From: Chloroflexia bacterium
GTDB taxonomy: Bacteria > Chloroflexota > Chloroflexia > QHBQ01 > JADMIH01
Assembly: GCA_038203825.1 (NCBI GenBank)
Contig: JBBRDO010000001.1
Span: 64,590-128,589, forward strand
Length of the DNA stretch: 64,000 bases
Direction of reading: 5' to 3'
Part shown: one piece after another, positions 1-10,210 of the stretch
Numbering within the stretch: position 1 is the first letter of the stretch
Layout of the letters: each line of letters begins with the position of its first letter
Notes under the pieces: generated by a model
What the model saw: only the letters and a program-made list of their open reading frames with translations
What the model was told of the DNA's origin: nothing
The model's database searches: none
Translations under genes and position numbers: made by a program

Positions 1-252
1 GTTGAAACGGTGGCGCCACACAACTATCCTGAAGCCGGTTTCCTGAGGCTCGACATACAACTGGTAGCTCTTTCCATTAGCGATAATGGAGTAGAGCCCC
101 TCGCCAGTCTCGACATTCGAGTGTACCGTAGCGAAGTCGATCGCGACGGCAGGGTCGTCCGCAGGTTGCACGGGGAAAATGATGGTGCCGCCCTCAGTAT
201 GGTGCACGTCAAGCCCGAACTCCTGGTTTTCAATTTCAACGAAGTACTTCAT
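1..252 (-). CDS. Biotin carboxyl carrier-like protein, N-terminal part (gene runs off the window start)
   Basis: Missing from the ORF track because it is truncated. A minus-strand ATG at 252 reads MKYFVEIENQEFGLDVHHTEGGTIIFPVQ...IANGKSYQLYVEPQETGF and stays open to position 1. It starts 10 nt after the stop of the biotin carboxylase gene. The N-terminus resembles small biotin/lipoyl carrier subunits. The biotinyl-Lys motif would lie outside the window. Confidence 0.45.
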   Translation of the reverse strand, partial: MKYFVEIENQEFGLDVHHTEGGTIIFPVQPADDPAVAIDFATVHSNVETGEGLYSIIANGKSYQLYVEPQETGFRIVVWRHRFN

Positions 253-262
253 GGCATTGCTC

Positions 263-1804
263 TCATCTCATTGCCTCGCGGCGTCCGGCGACACGCCATT
301 TAGACCCATCGTGCACCGGGCCCGTTCCATTGACAGGTTGTGACTGACGGCCCAAAGCTCCGCCGGCCAAACGCTTCTGATCGACCACCAGCGCCCCCAG
401 ATAGGCAGCTGTACGTTCGAGTTCTTTGTCGTGTGCGTCTTTCTGTGTTAGCCAGCCGGTTGCCATAAACTCCTCGACGAAGCCTGTATCAATTCGTCCC
501 TCCTGAAAGGCTGCATCGCCCAGGACGGCCAGGTGGAACGGTATGTTGGTCTGGATGCCCCTGACGCCATACTCTTCGAGGGCGCGCCGCATCCGCGTCA
601 TGGCGTGTTCACGAGTGGGTGCCCAAACTATCAGCTTGGCGATCATTGGGTCGTAGTAGATCGAGACTTTCCCGCCGCGATACATGCTACTGTCAACGCG
701 CACGCCAGGGCCACCCGGCTCGGCAAGTGAGGCGATCGTGCCCAGGGACGGGGCGAAGTTGTTGAAAGGATCTTCTGCAGCGATACGGCACTCGATGGCA
801 TGCCCCCGCACCTCGACATCGTCCTGAGTGATGCTGAGCGGCTTGCCTTCTGCCACCCGAAACTGTTCGAGGACGATGTCGATGCCCGTGACCCATTCCG
901 TGACCGGGTGCTCAACCTGTAGGCGCGTATTTACCTCCAGGAAGTAGAAGTTGCGGTCTTTGTCAAGAAGAAACTCAACAGTACCGGCCGACGTGTAGTG
1001 GGCGGCAAGTGCCGCTGCCACAGCGACTGAGCCCATCCGTGCGCGAAGGTCCGCATCGACGACGGGCGACGGCGATTCCTCGATGAGCTTCTGATGGCGT
1101 CGCTGGATTGAGCATTCACGCTCCCCCAGATGAACGGCGTTGCCGTGGCTGTCGGCTAGAATTTGTATTTCGACGTGCCGGACATGTTCGAGGTATTTCT
1201 CGAAATAGACCACGCCCGAGCCGAACGATGACTGAGCCTCGCTCTGAGCCGTTCGCAGGGCCGCTTCGAGTTCGTCCTTTGAGCGGACCACTCGCATGCC
1301 TTTGCCGCCACCGCCGGCCGACGCCTTAATCAACACGGGATATCCAATTCGCTCCGCGGCCGCGACGGCCTGGTCCAAATCGTCAACTGCGACGTCGCTA
1401 CCGGGGACTGTGGGTACACCCGCTGCCTGGGCAGTGTGGCGGGCCGTTAGCTTATCACCGAGCAGGCGCATCGCGGCCGGTGGGGGGCCTATCCAGATGA
1501 GACCGGCATCTATGACCGCCTGCGCAAAATCGGCGTTTTCAGCCAGAAATCCGTAGCCGGGATGGATTGCATCGGCACCTGACTTGCGGGCGACTTCCAG
1601 GATTTTGTCTACCCTCAGATATGAGTCGCGAGAAGGTGCGGGACCGATAGGATAGGCTTCATCAGCAGCGCGCACGTGCAGGGCCGTGCGGTCGGCATCG
1701 GAAAAAACTGCCACAGAAGTAATGCCAACTTCTGCGCAAGCTCGCACAATCCGTAGCGCTATCTCGCCACGGTTAGCGATGAGGATCTTACTTATCTTGG
1801 GCAA
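263..1804 (-). CDS. Biotin carboxylase (ATP-grasp) subunit without a fused carrier domain
   Basis: 513 aa. The N-terminus ILIANRGEIALRIVRA, HPGYGFLAENADFA, glycine-rich loop KASAGGGGKGMRV and ECSIQRRHQKLIEE are canonical biotin carboxylase motifs. No AMKM motif is present. Confidence 0.9.
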   Translation of the reverse strand: MPKISKILIANRGEIALRIVRACAEVGITSVAVFSDADRTALHVRAADEAYPIGPAPSRDSYLRVDKILEVARKSGADAIHPGYGFLAENADFAQAVIDAGLIWIGPPPAAMRLLGDKLTARHTAQAAGVPTVPGSDVAVDDLDQAVAAAERIGYPVLIKASAGGGGKGMRVVRSKDELEAALRTAQSEAQSSFGSGVVYFEKYLEHVRHVEIQILADSHGNAVHLGERECSIQRRHQKLIEESPSPVVDADLRARMGSVAVAAALAAHYTSAGTVEFLLDKDRNFYFLEVNTRLQVEHPVTEWVTGIDIVLEQFRVAEGKPLSITQDDVEVRGHAIECRIAAEDPFNNFAPSLGTIASLAEPGGPGVRVDSSMYRGGKVSIYYDPMIAKLIVWAPTREHAMTRMRRALEEYGVRGIQTNIPFHLAVLGDAAFQEGRIDTGFVEEFMATGWLTQKDAHDKELERTAAYLGALVVDQKRLAGGALGRQSQPVNGTGPVHDGSKWRVAGRREAMR

Positions 1805-1840
1805 ATGCGCCTCCCCGGTCTTGCGCGGTGTGATGGTTAG

Positions 1841-2773
1841 TCATGCGGCGCTCATACCTTTCTTTGTAATATAAGCTTGTAGATACTTGCTTGTGGGTTG
1901 CTTGCCCAGCACGCCGAGGATGTAGATTGAGGCTTCGGCCACCTTTGCGAGATCAACTCCGGTTTCGATGTTCATGCCGTCGAGCATATAAAGCAAATCT
2001 TCAGTCGCCAGGTTGCCGGCCGCGCCGGGAGCATAAGGGCAGCCGCCCAGGCCACCTGACGAAGAGTCTATTGTAGTGATGCCCAGTTGCATGGCTGCCA
2101 GCACGTTGGCCAGAGCCGTGCCTCGCGTGTCATGGAAGTGTGCAGCAAGCCTTCCCGCCGGGATCGACTTCAACAGAAGTCCAAAAACTGACTCGACTTC
2201 TGCTGGTGTGCCAACTCCTATCGTGTCCCCAATTGAGACTTCGCTTACTCCAATATCAAGCAAGGCGCGTGTGACTTCCAGAACGCTGGGGGGCGCGACA
2301 TATCCCTCATAGGGACAACCGAACGCAGTACTAACATAGCCGCGCACCGCGATCCCGTTCGCGAGCGCTAGCGCAACCACGGACTCAAAGTTATCCAGAG
2401 ACTGTCGGATCGTGGTGTTGATGTTAGCTTTCGTGAAGGACTCAGAGGCTGCGGTGAAGACCGCCACCTCGCGCACACCCGCCTCAACAGCTCGCACCAT
2501 ACCACGGTCGTTTGGAACGAGCACAGGGTAGCGAGTATTCGCTCCGTGGGAGATACCAGCCATAACGTGGGGCGCGTCGGCGAGTTGGGGGATGGCTTTC
2601 GGGCTGACAAAAGATGTGGCCTCGATCGCTGGCAGACCGGCAGACGTGAGCAGGTCAACATAGCGGACCTTATCAGCCGTTGGTACAATGCTCTTCTCGT
2701 TCTGCAAGCCATCGCGCGGCCCGACTTCGTATATGGTTATACGTTCAGGATACTGAGACATAAGATTCCACAT
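1841..2773 (-). CDS. liuE: Hydroxymethylglutaryl-CoA lyase
   Basis: 310 aa. It has the HMGL-like TIM-barrel signature EVGPRDGLQNE and the motifs HFHDTRGTALANVLAA and GGLGGCPYAPGAAGN. It sits inside a leucine catabolic operon. An alternative start MSQYPE lies at 2761. Confidence 0.88.
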   Translation of the reverse strand: MWNLMSQYPERITIYEVGPRDGLQNEKSIVPTADKVRYVDLLTSAGLPAIEATSFVSPKAIPQLADAPHVMAGISHGANTRYPVLVPNDRGMVRAVEAGVREVAVFTAASESFTKANINTTIRQSLDNFESVVALALANGIAVRGYVSTAFGCPYEGYVAPPSVLEVTRALLDIGVSEVSIGDTIGVGTPAEVESVFGLLLKSIPAGRLAAHFHDTRGTALANVLAAMQLGITTIDSSSGGLGGCPYAPGAAGNLATEDLLYMLDGMNIETGVDLAKVAEASIYILGVLGKQPTSKYLQAYITKKGMSAA

Positions 2774-2806
2774 TGGCCGAGGGCTATTAACTTGTGGCCA
2801 TTACTG

Positions 2807-4879
2807 TTACTCGGCGGGTTGGCCCATCTCTACAAGTATATCACCAACCGCCACTTGATCGCCCGCCGTGCAGTTTACTTTGACAACCAATCCGGTGTGC
2901 GGTGCCCGAACCATGAACTCCATTTTCATAGCCTCAATGATTACGAGCGGCTGTTCTTCCTCTACATCGTCCCCTGCTGCAACCAGAACCTGCAAAACCT
3001 TCCCCGGCATCGGACTTTCCAACGAGTTCTCGTCGCTTCGATGGACATTCACGTTCATGTGCTCGGTCGAAAGGGGTGCGGCGCTCTGAACCAGATATAT
3101 GCGGCGCTCCCATGTTATCGACACGCGATCCTCCGCTCCCCAGGCGTATTCGATAGAATAAAGTGGCATGTCGGGTAGGGCTATCTGCACGACTGACGGC
3201 ACCCGGTCGAACGACTCGGCAGCTTCTGACTCCGGCCGCAAGCTCAGGACAATTGTCGCATCTAATAGTACATCGTCGCCTTGTTTCACAAGGGTCTGCC
3301 ATGTGTCAAAGCGCTCGCCCGCGCGGGATAGTTCAACCGCGTACGTGCGACCTTCTATTAGGAACTCCCCTGGAATTCCCTGCCCCGCGAGACGCCAGGC
3401 GTTGGCACTCCAGATACTGCGGGGAGGCTCTCCAGGTACTCCATAGTCTTCTGAGAGCAGCAGGACCGCGGCCCCAGCGACAATGACTGCTACGGGTGCA
3501 ACAAGGAACGCTCCGGGCCTGTAATACTTATCGATGAACCCGGTGGACAGGTTTCCCATGTCAACCTGTGGGTGGCTAACTAACCAGCGCAGGAAGTCGA
3601 GGTTTGTTGTGACGCCTTCGATCTGAAGGGCGCCCAGCACTTCGCGCATGCGCCGCAGCGCTTCGGAACGGGTATCGCCTGAAGTTATGATCTTGGCGAC
3701 CATCGGGTCGTAAAAAGGTGTGATAACGTCGCCCTGGCTCACTCCTGCGTCAACGCGAACGTCAGGATCGTCGAAAGGAAGTGCAAGGTGAGTGATTTTG
3801 CCTGTGGCCGGCAGGAAACCGCGTTCAGGGTCTTCAGCGTAGAGGCGAACTTCAATCGCGTTGCCCACGAATTCAACCTCGTCCTGGTCAATCCAGAGCG
3901 TTTCTCCGGCTGCTATTCGGAGCTGAGCTTCGACCAGGTCCATGTCGAGAGCCTCTTCCGTCACGGTGTGTTCGACCTGGAGGCGCGTGTTCATTTCCAG
4001 GAAATAAAACTCACCGTCCTGGTAAATGAACTCGACTGTACCCGCGTTGGAGTAACCTGCTGCTTTTGCCAGGGCAACGGCGGCCGCTGTCAGCCGCTCG
4101 CGCATCTCGGGGGTGACGATAGGTGACGGGCTCTCCTCCATCACCTTCTGGTGACGGCGCTGGATTGAACATTCGCGTTCCCCCAGGTGAATGACGTGCC
4201 CCTGCGCGTCCCCCAGCACCTGAACCTCGATGTGACGCGGCTGGCTCAAATACTTCTCCAGCATCACCGTGCTGTCGCCGAAGGCCGCGAGGGCCTCGCG
4301 CTGGGCGGCATCGAGCCCTTCCTGGAGGTCGCTCGCGCTCTCGACCACACGCATGCCCTTGCCACCGCCTCCTGCTGATGCCTTTATCAAAACCGGGTAA
4401 CCGATCTTGTCCGCTTCTATTGCGAGATTGGCCGCGGATTGGTCATCGCCGAAATAGCCCGGTACCACAGGCACGCCGGCTTGCGTCGCGATCTTCTTGG
4501 CCTCAATCTTCGACCCCATAAGCGTGATTGCCGCAGGCGACGGGCCAACCCAGGTGAGCCCGGCCTCTATCACGGCCTGAGCGAAGCTCGCGTTCTCAGC
4601 AAGGAAACCGAAGCCCGGGTGGATCGCGTCACACGCTGCTTGTCGCGCTACGCTGATAATGACGTCGCCGCGCAGGTAGCTGTCACCGGCAGCAGCAGGG
4701 CCGATACAGTAGGCCTCGTCGCAAGCACGCACATGCAGGGCATTGCGGTCTACCTCGGAGTAGACTGCCACTGAGCTGATGTTCAGTTCGCGACACGCGC
4801 GAGCGATGCGGACGGCGATCTCGCCACGGTTGGCGATGAGCAGTCTACGAAAGGGCAGGGCTGGCGTTTGAGACATCAT
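2807..4879 (-). CDS. liuD: 3-methylcrotonyl-CoA carboxylase alpha subunit (biotin carboxylase + BCCP fusion)
   Basis: About 690 aa. It carries biotin carboxylase motifs (IANRGEIAVRIARA, KASAGGGGKGMRV, ECSIQRRHQKVMEE) and a C-terminal biotinylation motif (IIEAMKMEF). The ATG at 4879 forms an ATGA overlap with the upstream stop. The track ORF starts at a GTG at 4888. Confidence 0.88.
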   Translation of the reverse strand: MMSQTPALPFRRLLIANRGEIAVRIARACRELNISSVAVYSEVDRNALHVRACDEAYCIGPAAAGDSYLRGDVIISVARQAACDAIHPGFGFLAENASFAQAVIEAGLTWVGPSPAAITLMGSKIEAKKIATQAGVPVVPGYFGDDQSAANLAIEADKIGYPVLIKASAGGGGKGMRVVESASDLQEGLDAAQREALAAFGDSTVMLEKYLSQPRHIEVQVLGDAQGHVIHLGERECSIQRRHQKVMEESPSPIVTPEMRERLTAAAVALAKAAGYSNAGTVEFIYQDGEFYFLEMNTRLQVEHTVTEEALDMDLVEAQLRIAAGETLWIDQDEVEFVGNAIEVRLYAEDPERGFLPATGKITHLALPFDDPDVRVDAGVSQGDVITPFYDPMVAKIITSGDTRSEALRRMREVLGALQIEGVTTNLDFLRWLVSHPQVDMGNLSTGFIDKYYRPGAFLVAPVAVIVAGAAVLLLSEDYGVPGEPPRSIWSANAWRLAGQGIPGEFLIEGRTYAVELSRAGERFDTWQTLVKQGDDVLLDATIVLSLRPESEAAESFDRVPSVVQIALPDMPLYSIEYAWGAEDRVSITWERRIYLVQSAAPLSTEHMNVNVHRSDENSLESPMPGKVLQVLVAAGDDVEEEQPLVIIEAMKMEFMVRAPHTGLVVKVNCTAGDQVAVGDILVEMGQPAE

Positions 4880-5682
4880 TCGGCCCACGATGCCTTGCGT
4901 TTTTCGAGGAACGCGTGCAGCCCCTCTTGTCCTTCAGGACTGACACGTAAAGCGGCAATGGTCTCGGCGGTGAACTGCATGGCGTCCTCACGAGCAAGCG
5001 TGGGCACCGTCGCAATCAGCAGCTTGGCACGAGCGATCGCGGCGGGCGCACTCGACTTCAACTCCCGGACCAGCCTATCGACTTCGCCGTCCAGTGCGTC
5101 AGGCGGGACTATAACGTGGACCAGGCCGATTTCGAGCGCGCGTTGTGCACTAAAGCGCTCGGCCGTAAAGAATAAGGCACGGGCGTGGCTTCGGCCGATT
5201 TTCGCCAGCACGTATGGCGAGATCACGGCGGGCGCGATCCCCAACTTTGCCTCAGAGAACGCAAACCTAGCGTTATCGGCAGCTATCACGATATCAGCAA
5301 CGGCCGCCAGGCCCACGCCGCCACCGAGGGCAGCGCCCTGGATTCGCGCGATTACAGGAACGGGGCACTTGTCAATGGCTTCAAACGTGCGCGCCAGAGC
5401 CAGCGCGTCGGCCACATTCTCTTCCTCACTGAAATCGAGACTTGCGCGCATCCAGTTGATATCGGCGCCAGCGCTGAACGATTTGCCCGCTCCCGCCAGC
5501 ACCACCGCGCGTACCGCGCCGCGTTCCACATGGGCGACTGAATCGAAGGCAGTACGCAATTCGTCCAGCAGTGCACGATTCATAGCGTTGTGCAGGTCGG
5601 GCCGATTGAGAGTGATTTTGCATGCGCAGTCTTCGATTGTAAAGAGTAGATTGCTATATTCCATAGATTGCCTGTTGGCCAC
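4876..5682 (-). CDS. liuC: Enoyl-CoA hydratase/isomerase family protein (methylglutaconyl-CoA hydratase by context)
   Basis: 268 aa crotonase fold. Motifs: VVLAGAGKSFSAGADI and the oxyanion-hole region GAALGGGVGLAAVADI. It lies between the carboxylase beta and alpha genes. Confidence 0.8.
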   Translation of the reverse strand: MANRQSMEYSNLLFTIEDCACKITLNRPDLHNAMNRALLDELRTAFDSVAHVERGAVRAVVLAGAGKSFSAGADINWMRASLDFSEEENVADALALARTFEAIDKCPVPVIARIQGAALGGGVGLAAVADIVIAADNARFAFSEAKLGIAPAVISPYVLAKIGRSHARALFFTAERFSAQRALEIGLVHVIVPPDALDGEVDRLVRELKSSAPAAIARAKLLIATVPTLAREDAMQFTAETIAALRVSPEGQEGLHAFLEKRKASWAE

Positions 5683-5700
5683 TAGATACCGCGAGTGAAG

Positions 5701-7308
5701 TTACATTCGGAATACGCCGAACTTGGTTTCCGCAATCGGCGCGTTCATAGCTGCGGAAATGCCCAGCCCAAGTACCATTCGCGTGTCGAGTGGATCGATA
5801 ATTCCGTCGTCCCAAAGGTGGGCCGTTGAGTAGTAGGGGTTGCCCTCTGATTCGTATTTGTCGAGGATCGGCTGGGTGAATGCAGCGCGTTCGTCGTGGG
5901 CCATATCCTTTCCTTTGGATGCCAGGTTGTCGAGTCGAACTGTCAGGAGCACATTGGCGGCCTGTTCGCCTCCCATCACCGAAATCCGGGCATTGGGCCA
6001 CATCCACAGTTGGCGAGGGCCATAGGCGCGGCCACACATGGCGTAGTTGCCCGCGCCGAAAGAGCCACCGATTACCACGGTGAACTTGGGTACCTGCGCA
6101 TTCGCCACAGCCATCACCATCTTGGCGCCGTTCTTGGCGATGCCACGATTCTCGTATTCACGGCCTACCATGAAGCCTGTGATGTTCTGCAAGAATACCA
6201 GTGGAATCTTGCGCTGGCAGCAGAGTTCAATGAAGTGCGCACCCTTGAGTGCACTCTCCGAAAAGAGAATGCCGTTGTTCGCGATGATGCCAACCGGGAA
6301 ACCCATTAAGCGAGCAAAGCCGCACACGAGAGTGGTGCCGTATAAGGCCTTGAACTCCTGGAAGCGCGAAGCGTCAACGATGCGTGCAATAATTTCGCGC
6401 ACGTCGTATGGCCTGCGGCCTTCGGGCTCGATCACACCGTAGAGCTCTGAGGGGTCGGCAGCAGGCGCTTCAGGCGCCGCCACTTCCCACGGATAAGTCT
6501 TCGTTCGTTGGAGATTAGCCACGATGTCGCGCGTTATAGCGAGTGCGTGCGCATCGTCCACCGCGTAGTGGTCCGTAACACCACTGGTACGGCTGTGCAC
6601 GTCCGCTCCGCCGAGGTCTTCGGCGCTCACTTCCTCGCCGGTGGCAGCCTTCACGAGAGGAGGACCACCGAGGAAGATTGTCCCGTTGCCCTTGACTATA
6701 ATCGACTCGTCGGACATGGCAGGCACGTACGCGCCTCCTGCTGTGCTGGAACCCATCACTGCTGCAATCTGGGGGATACCACGAGCCGACATTGTAGCCT
6801 GATTGTAGAAGATGCGGCCGAAATGTTCTCTGTCTGGGAAGACTTCGGCCTGTAGCGGAAGAAAGGCACCGCCCGAGTCAACCAGATAAATGCAGGGGAG
6901 ATTGTTTTCCAGCGCGACCTCCTGTGCGCGGAGGTGCTTTTTGACTGTGAGTGGATAATAGGTGCCGCCCTTGACGGTGGCGTCGTTAGCGATTAGCAGG
7001 CACTCCTGGCCTTCGATCACGCCGATCCCTGTAATCATGCCGGCGGCCGGCGCTTCTTCACCGTAGAGGCCCCAGGCTGCCAATGCGGACAACTCCAGGA
7101 AGGAGGTGGCGGGGTCGACCAGTCTCTCTATGCGCTCGCGGGCCAACATTTTCCCACGAGCGCGATGTTTGGCAATAGCCTCGGGTCCGCCGCCGAGCCG
7201 AACCTTCTGCAGATGGTCGCGCAGCTCCGCCACGAGGGCGTTCATATAAAGTTTGTTCGCCGCAAAACCGTCCGAGTTGGTCTCAAGGCGCGACTTAATT
7301 ATGGACAT
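5701..7308 (-). CDS. liuB: 3-methylcrotonyl-CoA carboxylase beta subunit (carboxyltransferase)
   Basis: About 535 aa with two carboxyltransferase halves ([31 protein letters not shown]). The probable start is [18 protein letters not shown] at 7308. The track ORF begins at a GTG at 7326. Confidence 0.88.
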   Translation of the reverse strand: MSIIKSRLETNSDGFAANKLYMNALVAELRDHLQKVRLGGGPEAIAKHRARGKMLARERIERLVDPATSFLELSALAAWGLYGEEAPAAGMITGIGVIEGQECLLIANDATVKGGTYYPLTVKKHLRAQEVALENNLPCIYLVDSGGAFLPLQAEVFPDREHFGRIFYNQATMSARGIPQIAAVMGSSTAGGAYVPAMSDESIIVKGNGTIFLGGPPLVKAATGEEVSAEDLGGADVHSRTSGVTDHYAVDDAHALAITRDIVANLQRTKTYPWEVAAPEAPAADPSELYGVIEPEGRRPYDVREIIARIVDASRFQEFKALYGTTLVCGFARLMGFPVGIIANNGILFSESALKGAHFIELCCQRKIPLVFLQNITGFMVGREYENRGIAKNGAKMVMAVANAQVPKFTVVIGGSFGAGNYAMCGRAYGPRQLWMWPNARISVMGGEQAANVLLTVRLDNLASKGKDMAHDERAAFTQPILDKYESEGNPYYSTAHLWDDGIIDPLDTRMVLGLGISAAMNAPIAETKFGVFRM

Positions 7309-7420
7309 AAAGCAAGTGCGTAACACGAAGGAGGAAGTGCGACTGCAACGGGCAATTTAGCCGCCGCTTTCACTTTATTCGAGGCTCGCGTCCGGCATTC
7401 CACTTCCCGATCGCAGGTCG

Positions 7421-7678
7421 TTATTTGAAGAAGTTCAGATTCTTAGCGATGTACGACTGGTACTCATCGGGCACATCGTCTTCGGGGAAAATGGCGTTAA
7501 CCGGACATTCGGGTTCACAGGCGCCGCAATCAATGCACTCATCGGGGTCGATATAAAGTTGGTCGACCGGTTCGAAGCCCGGCTCGTCTTTGCGAGGGTG
7601 GATACAGTCCACTGGGCAAACGTCCACACATGCCGCATCTTTAACGTTAATACACGGTTCGGTTATGACATAAGTCAT
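7421..7678 (-). CDS. fdxA: 7Fe-type ferredoxin ([3Fe-4S] + [4Fe-4S])
   Basis: 85 aa. The cysteine patterns are C-x7-C-x3-CP ([14 protein letters not shown]) and CxxCxxCxxxCP ([12 protein letters not shown]). Confidence 0.85.
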   Translation of the reverse strand: MTYVITEPCINVKDAACVDVCPVDCIHPRKDEPGFEPVDQLYIDPDECIDCGACEPECPVNAIFPEDDVPDEYQSYIAKNLNFFK

Positions 7679-7820
7679 TGTAGGTATTCCTCCTGTGGAA
7701 AAGTGCGAACCACATAAATTGTCTTCGGAAAATCAACTACAGATCTGCGGCCATTATACCCAACGCGTGCGTGCGGTGCAAACGAAATCTGTGCAACCTT
7801 GAGTCACTAAGAACGTTTTA

Positions 7821-7850
7821 TTGTAAAGTTGAGTGGTCGCACAATATTAA
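7821..7850 (+). promoter_or_regulatory. Candidate sigma70-like promoter for the wall hydrolase gene
   Basis: TTGTAA (7821-7826), then a 17-18 nt spacer, then ATATTA/TATTAA (7844-7850), in an AT-richer gap about 25 nt upstream of the GGGAGG Shine-Dalgarno. The match to consensus is weak. Confidence 0.3.
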
Positions 7851-7874
7851 CACGTAAGGACAGGGAGGTTGCAT

Positions 7875-10196
7875 ATGCCCGTTCTCCATTTTGCCTCCAA
7901 AGAAAAGTACGCGTCCCGTAAGGTTCGCAACTTCTCCGCATTGGTCTCGGTCTTACTGTTCTTGCTTGTCCTGCCGGCGATGGCGGGCACAGGAAGCGCG
8001 GTCCAGGCAGCCGACAGGCCTGCCACGGCGGGGCCAGGCAGCGGGCTTGTGGCAGAGGCCTTCGCGGCAGTAGCCCGCAAGTGGAACGTCCCTCAGCAGG
8101 TGCTGATGGCAGTCGGCTGGGTGGAATCGCACTGGGAACAGCGAGGGGGCACGCCCTCAACGGACTTCGGTTACGGCATCATGCACATAACTGACAGGCC
8201 GGACGGAACCATGGCCAGAGCCGTGCAACTCACGGGCTTGAGCAGCGACCAGATACGAGCAGATGACGGCTCCAACATCGAGGCCGGCGCCGCATTATTG
8301 AACGACATATCCCATCAGTCAACAAACACGAAGAACGCAACCGGCAACCTCGCCGATTGGTACGGCGCGGTCGCGGCCTATTCGGGAGCTACCGACCCGT
8401 TTGTCCGCGACCAATACGCCCAGCAAGTTTTCGGAATTATCAAGACAGGAAACGGCGCCGTCCTGCAATCGGGGGAGCACGTGTCGCTGGTCGCGCTTGA
8501 CGTGCAGGGCGTACCTACTGCCATGCCTGCGCCGCCTGTCGCGCCAGATAGTGATGACTACCCCCCTGCCCTGTGGGTGCCGGCATACGCCGGGAACTAC
8601 ACGGTTGGAAGGCCCTATCCGCCGCTCAATACGATAATAATTCACGATACCGAGGGCTCTTATGCGTCGGCAATATCGTGGTTTCAGAACCCGGCTTCCC
8701 AGGTATCAACCCACTATGTGATCCGCTCAGCAGACGGGCAGATAACACAGATGGTGCGCGATGCCAATACGGCCTGGCACGCGGGCAACTGGGACTATAA
8801 TGTGCGCGCCATCGGGATCGAGCACGAAGGTTACATGAACCAGCAGGGGTGGTACACCGAGGCCATGTACCAATCGTCCGCCGCACTGGTCCGGTATTTG
8901 ACCGAGCGATACGGGATAAGGAAGGACAGGGCGCACATAATAGGACATTACCAGGTGCCGAACCAGAGCCATGTGGATCCGGGTCCGCTGTGGGACTGGA
9001 ATTACTACATGACACTTGTGCGCCGTGACAACCAGCAGGAGGCTAGAGTCGACAACACTGATCCCGGCTTCGCTGCGATACCGTCCCAGATCGACCCGCA
9101 ACACTACTGGTGGATCTACGGCGGTGGCTACAACGGGTCGAACACGTTTGTCACGACTTCAGTAGTGAACCAGTCAAGCAGCACAAACTCAGCCACTTGG
9201 ACTGCTCAAGTCCCTGTTACCGGTTACTATGACCTCTATGCCTACATCCCATATGTTGACAACCAGACTCCCGACACACTGTCTGCTCGCTATCATGTTT
9301 TCAGTGCGAGTGGCGAGCAAGTTGTCACGGTCAGCCAGGGGGCAATTACAGACGTTGGCTCGGGAAGCTGGGCGAACCTCGGCAAGTTCCTGTTCAACGG
9401 GGGCGCTAACTCTTCCGTGTCGCTTAGTGATTGGACGGGCGAAAGCGGCAAGAACGTGTGGTTCGACGCTATGATGTGGATACCAGCAACCACGGGCTCA
9501 CCTCCGCCTACGCCGCAGATCTCACCGACAGCAACTGCTCCGGCCGGCAACACTCCTACCCGCACGCCAACCACCGGCGTACCCACGAACACCCCGACCT
9601 GGACACAAACGCCGCTACCCACTGCTACAGCCGGGCCAACGTGGACACCGGGTCCGTGTGGAATGCGGTTCCTTGACCTTCCAGACACTCACTGGGCTTA
9701 TGGTTACGTGAGCTATCTCTACTGCCATGGCGCGATTACCGGTTACTCGGACGGTACGTTCAGGCCCAACAACAGCAGCTCGCGCGGACAGTTCACCAAG
9801 ATACTGGTACTCAGTTTCGGGTGGGCCCCGTATGCCCCGGCGCTGCCCACATTCAGCGACGTACTACCGCCCAGCACATTCTATCCATACGTCGAATCCG
9901 CTGTACAGCACGGGGTGATCAGTGGCTATTCGGATGGCACGTTCAGGCCGGGCAATGACGTTTCCCGGGCTCAGGCTGCCAAGATTCTTGTGCTTGGCAA
10001 GGCGTGGCCCCTGGTATCCCCGCCAAACCCAACATTCACCGATGTACCACCCGGTGACTGGGCATACAGCTACGTCGAAACCGCAGTCCAGCATGCGATC
10101 GTGACCGGTTACCCGGACGGGACGTTCCGACCTGCCTTGTCGGTCAGCCGGGCACAACTTTCCAAAATGACCGCCTTGTCGGCCCAGTCGCCTTGA
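7875..10196 (+). CDS. Secreted peptidoglycan hydrolase: SLT lytic transglycosylase-like domain + N-acetylmuramoyl-L-alanine amidase (amidase_2) + beta-sandwich domain + Pro/Thr linker + 3 SLH repeats
   Basis: GGGAGG lies 6 nt before the ATG at 7875. A signal-like segment is LLFLLVLPAMAGTGSAVQAA. SLT-like: VLMAVGWVESHWEQ...GYGIMHI. Amidase_2: IIIHDTEGSYASAISWFQNPASQVSTHYVI...AWHAGNWDYNVRAIGIEHEG. The PT-rich linker spans about 9480-9650. There are three SLH repeats (FLDLPDTHWAYGYV..GYSDGTFRP; FSDVLPPSTFYPYV..GYSDGTFRP; FTDVPPGDWAYSYV..GYPDGTFRP). Confidence 0.88.
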   Translation: MPVLHFASKEKYASRKVRNFSALVSVLLFLLVLPAMAGTGSAVQAADRPATAGPGSGLVAEAFAAVARKWNVPQQVLMAVGWVESHWEQRGGTPSTDFGYGIMHITDRPDGTMARAVQLTGLSSDQIRADDGSNIEAGAALLNDISHQSTNTKNATGNLADWYGAVAAYSGATDPFVRDQYAQQVFGIIKTGNGAVLQSGEHVSLVALDVQGVPTAMPAPPVAPDSDDYPPALWVPAYAGNYTVGRPYPPLNTIIIHDTEGSYASAISWFQNPASQVSTHYVIRSADGQITQMVRDANTAWHAGNWDYNVRAIGIEHEGYMNQQGWYTEAMYQSSAALVRYLTERYGIRKDRAHIIGHYQVPNQSHVDPGPLWDWNYYMTLVRRDNQQEARVDNTDPGFAAIPSQIDPQHYWWIYGGGYNGSNTFVTTSVVNQSSSTNSATWTAQVPVTGYYDLYAYIPYVDNQTPDTLSARYHVFSASGEQVVTVSQGAITDVGSGSWANLGKFLFNGGANSSVSLSDWTGESGKNVWFDAMMWIPATTGSPPPTPQISPTATAPAGNTPTRTPTTGVPTNTPTWTQTPLPTATAGPTWTPGPCGMRFLDLPDTHWAYGYVSYLYCHGAITGYSDGTFRPNNSSSRGQFTKILVLSFGWAPYAPALPTFSDVLPPSTFYPYVESAVQHGVISGYSDGTFRPGNDVSRAQAAKILVLGKAWPLVSPPNPTFTDVPPGDWAYSYVETAVQHAIVTGYPDGTFRPALSVSRAQLSKMTALSAQSP

Positions 10197-10210
10197 GAAT
10201 GGTGTAAGCC

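Noticed and set aside
4868-5698. 276-aa plus-strand ORF across the enoyl-CoA hydratase gene
   Set aside because: It is an Ala/Ser/Arg-rich antisense shadow of a clearly recognisable crotonase-fold gene on the minus strand.
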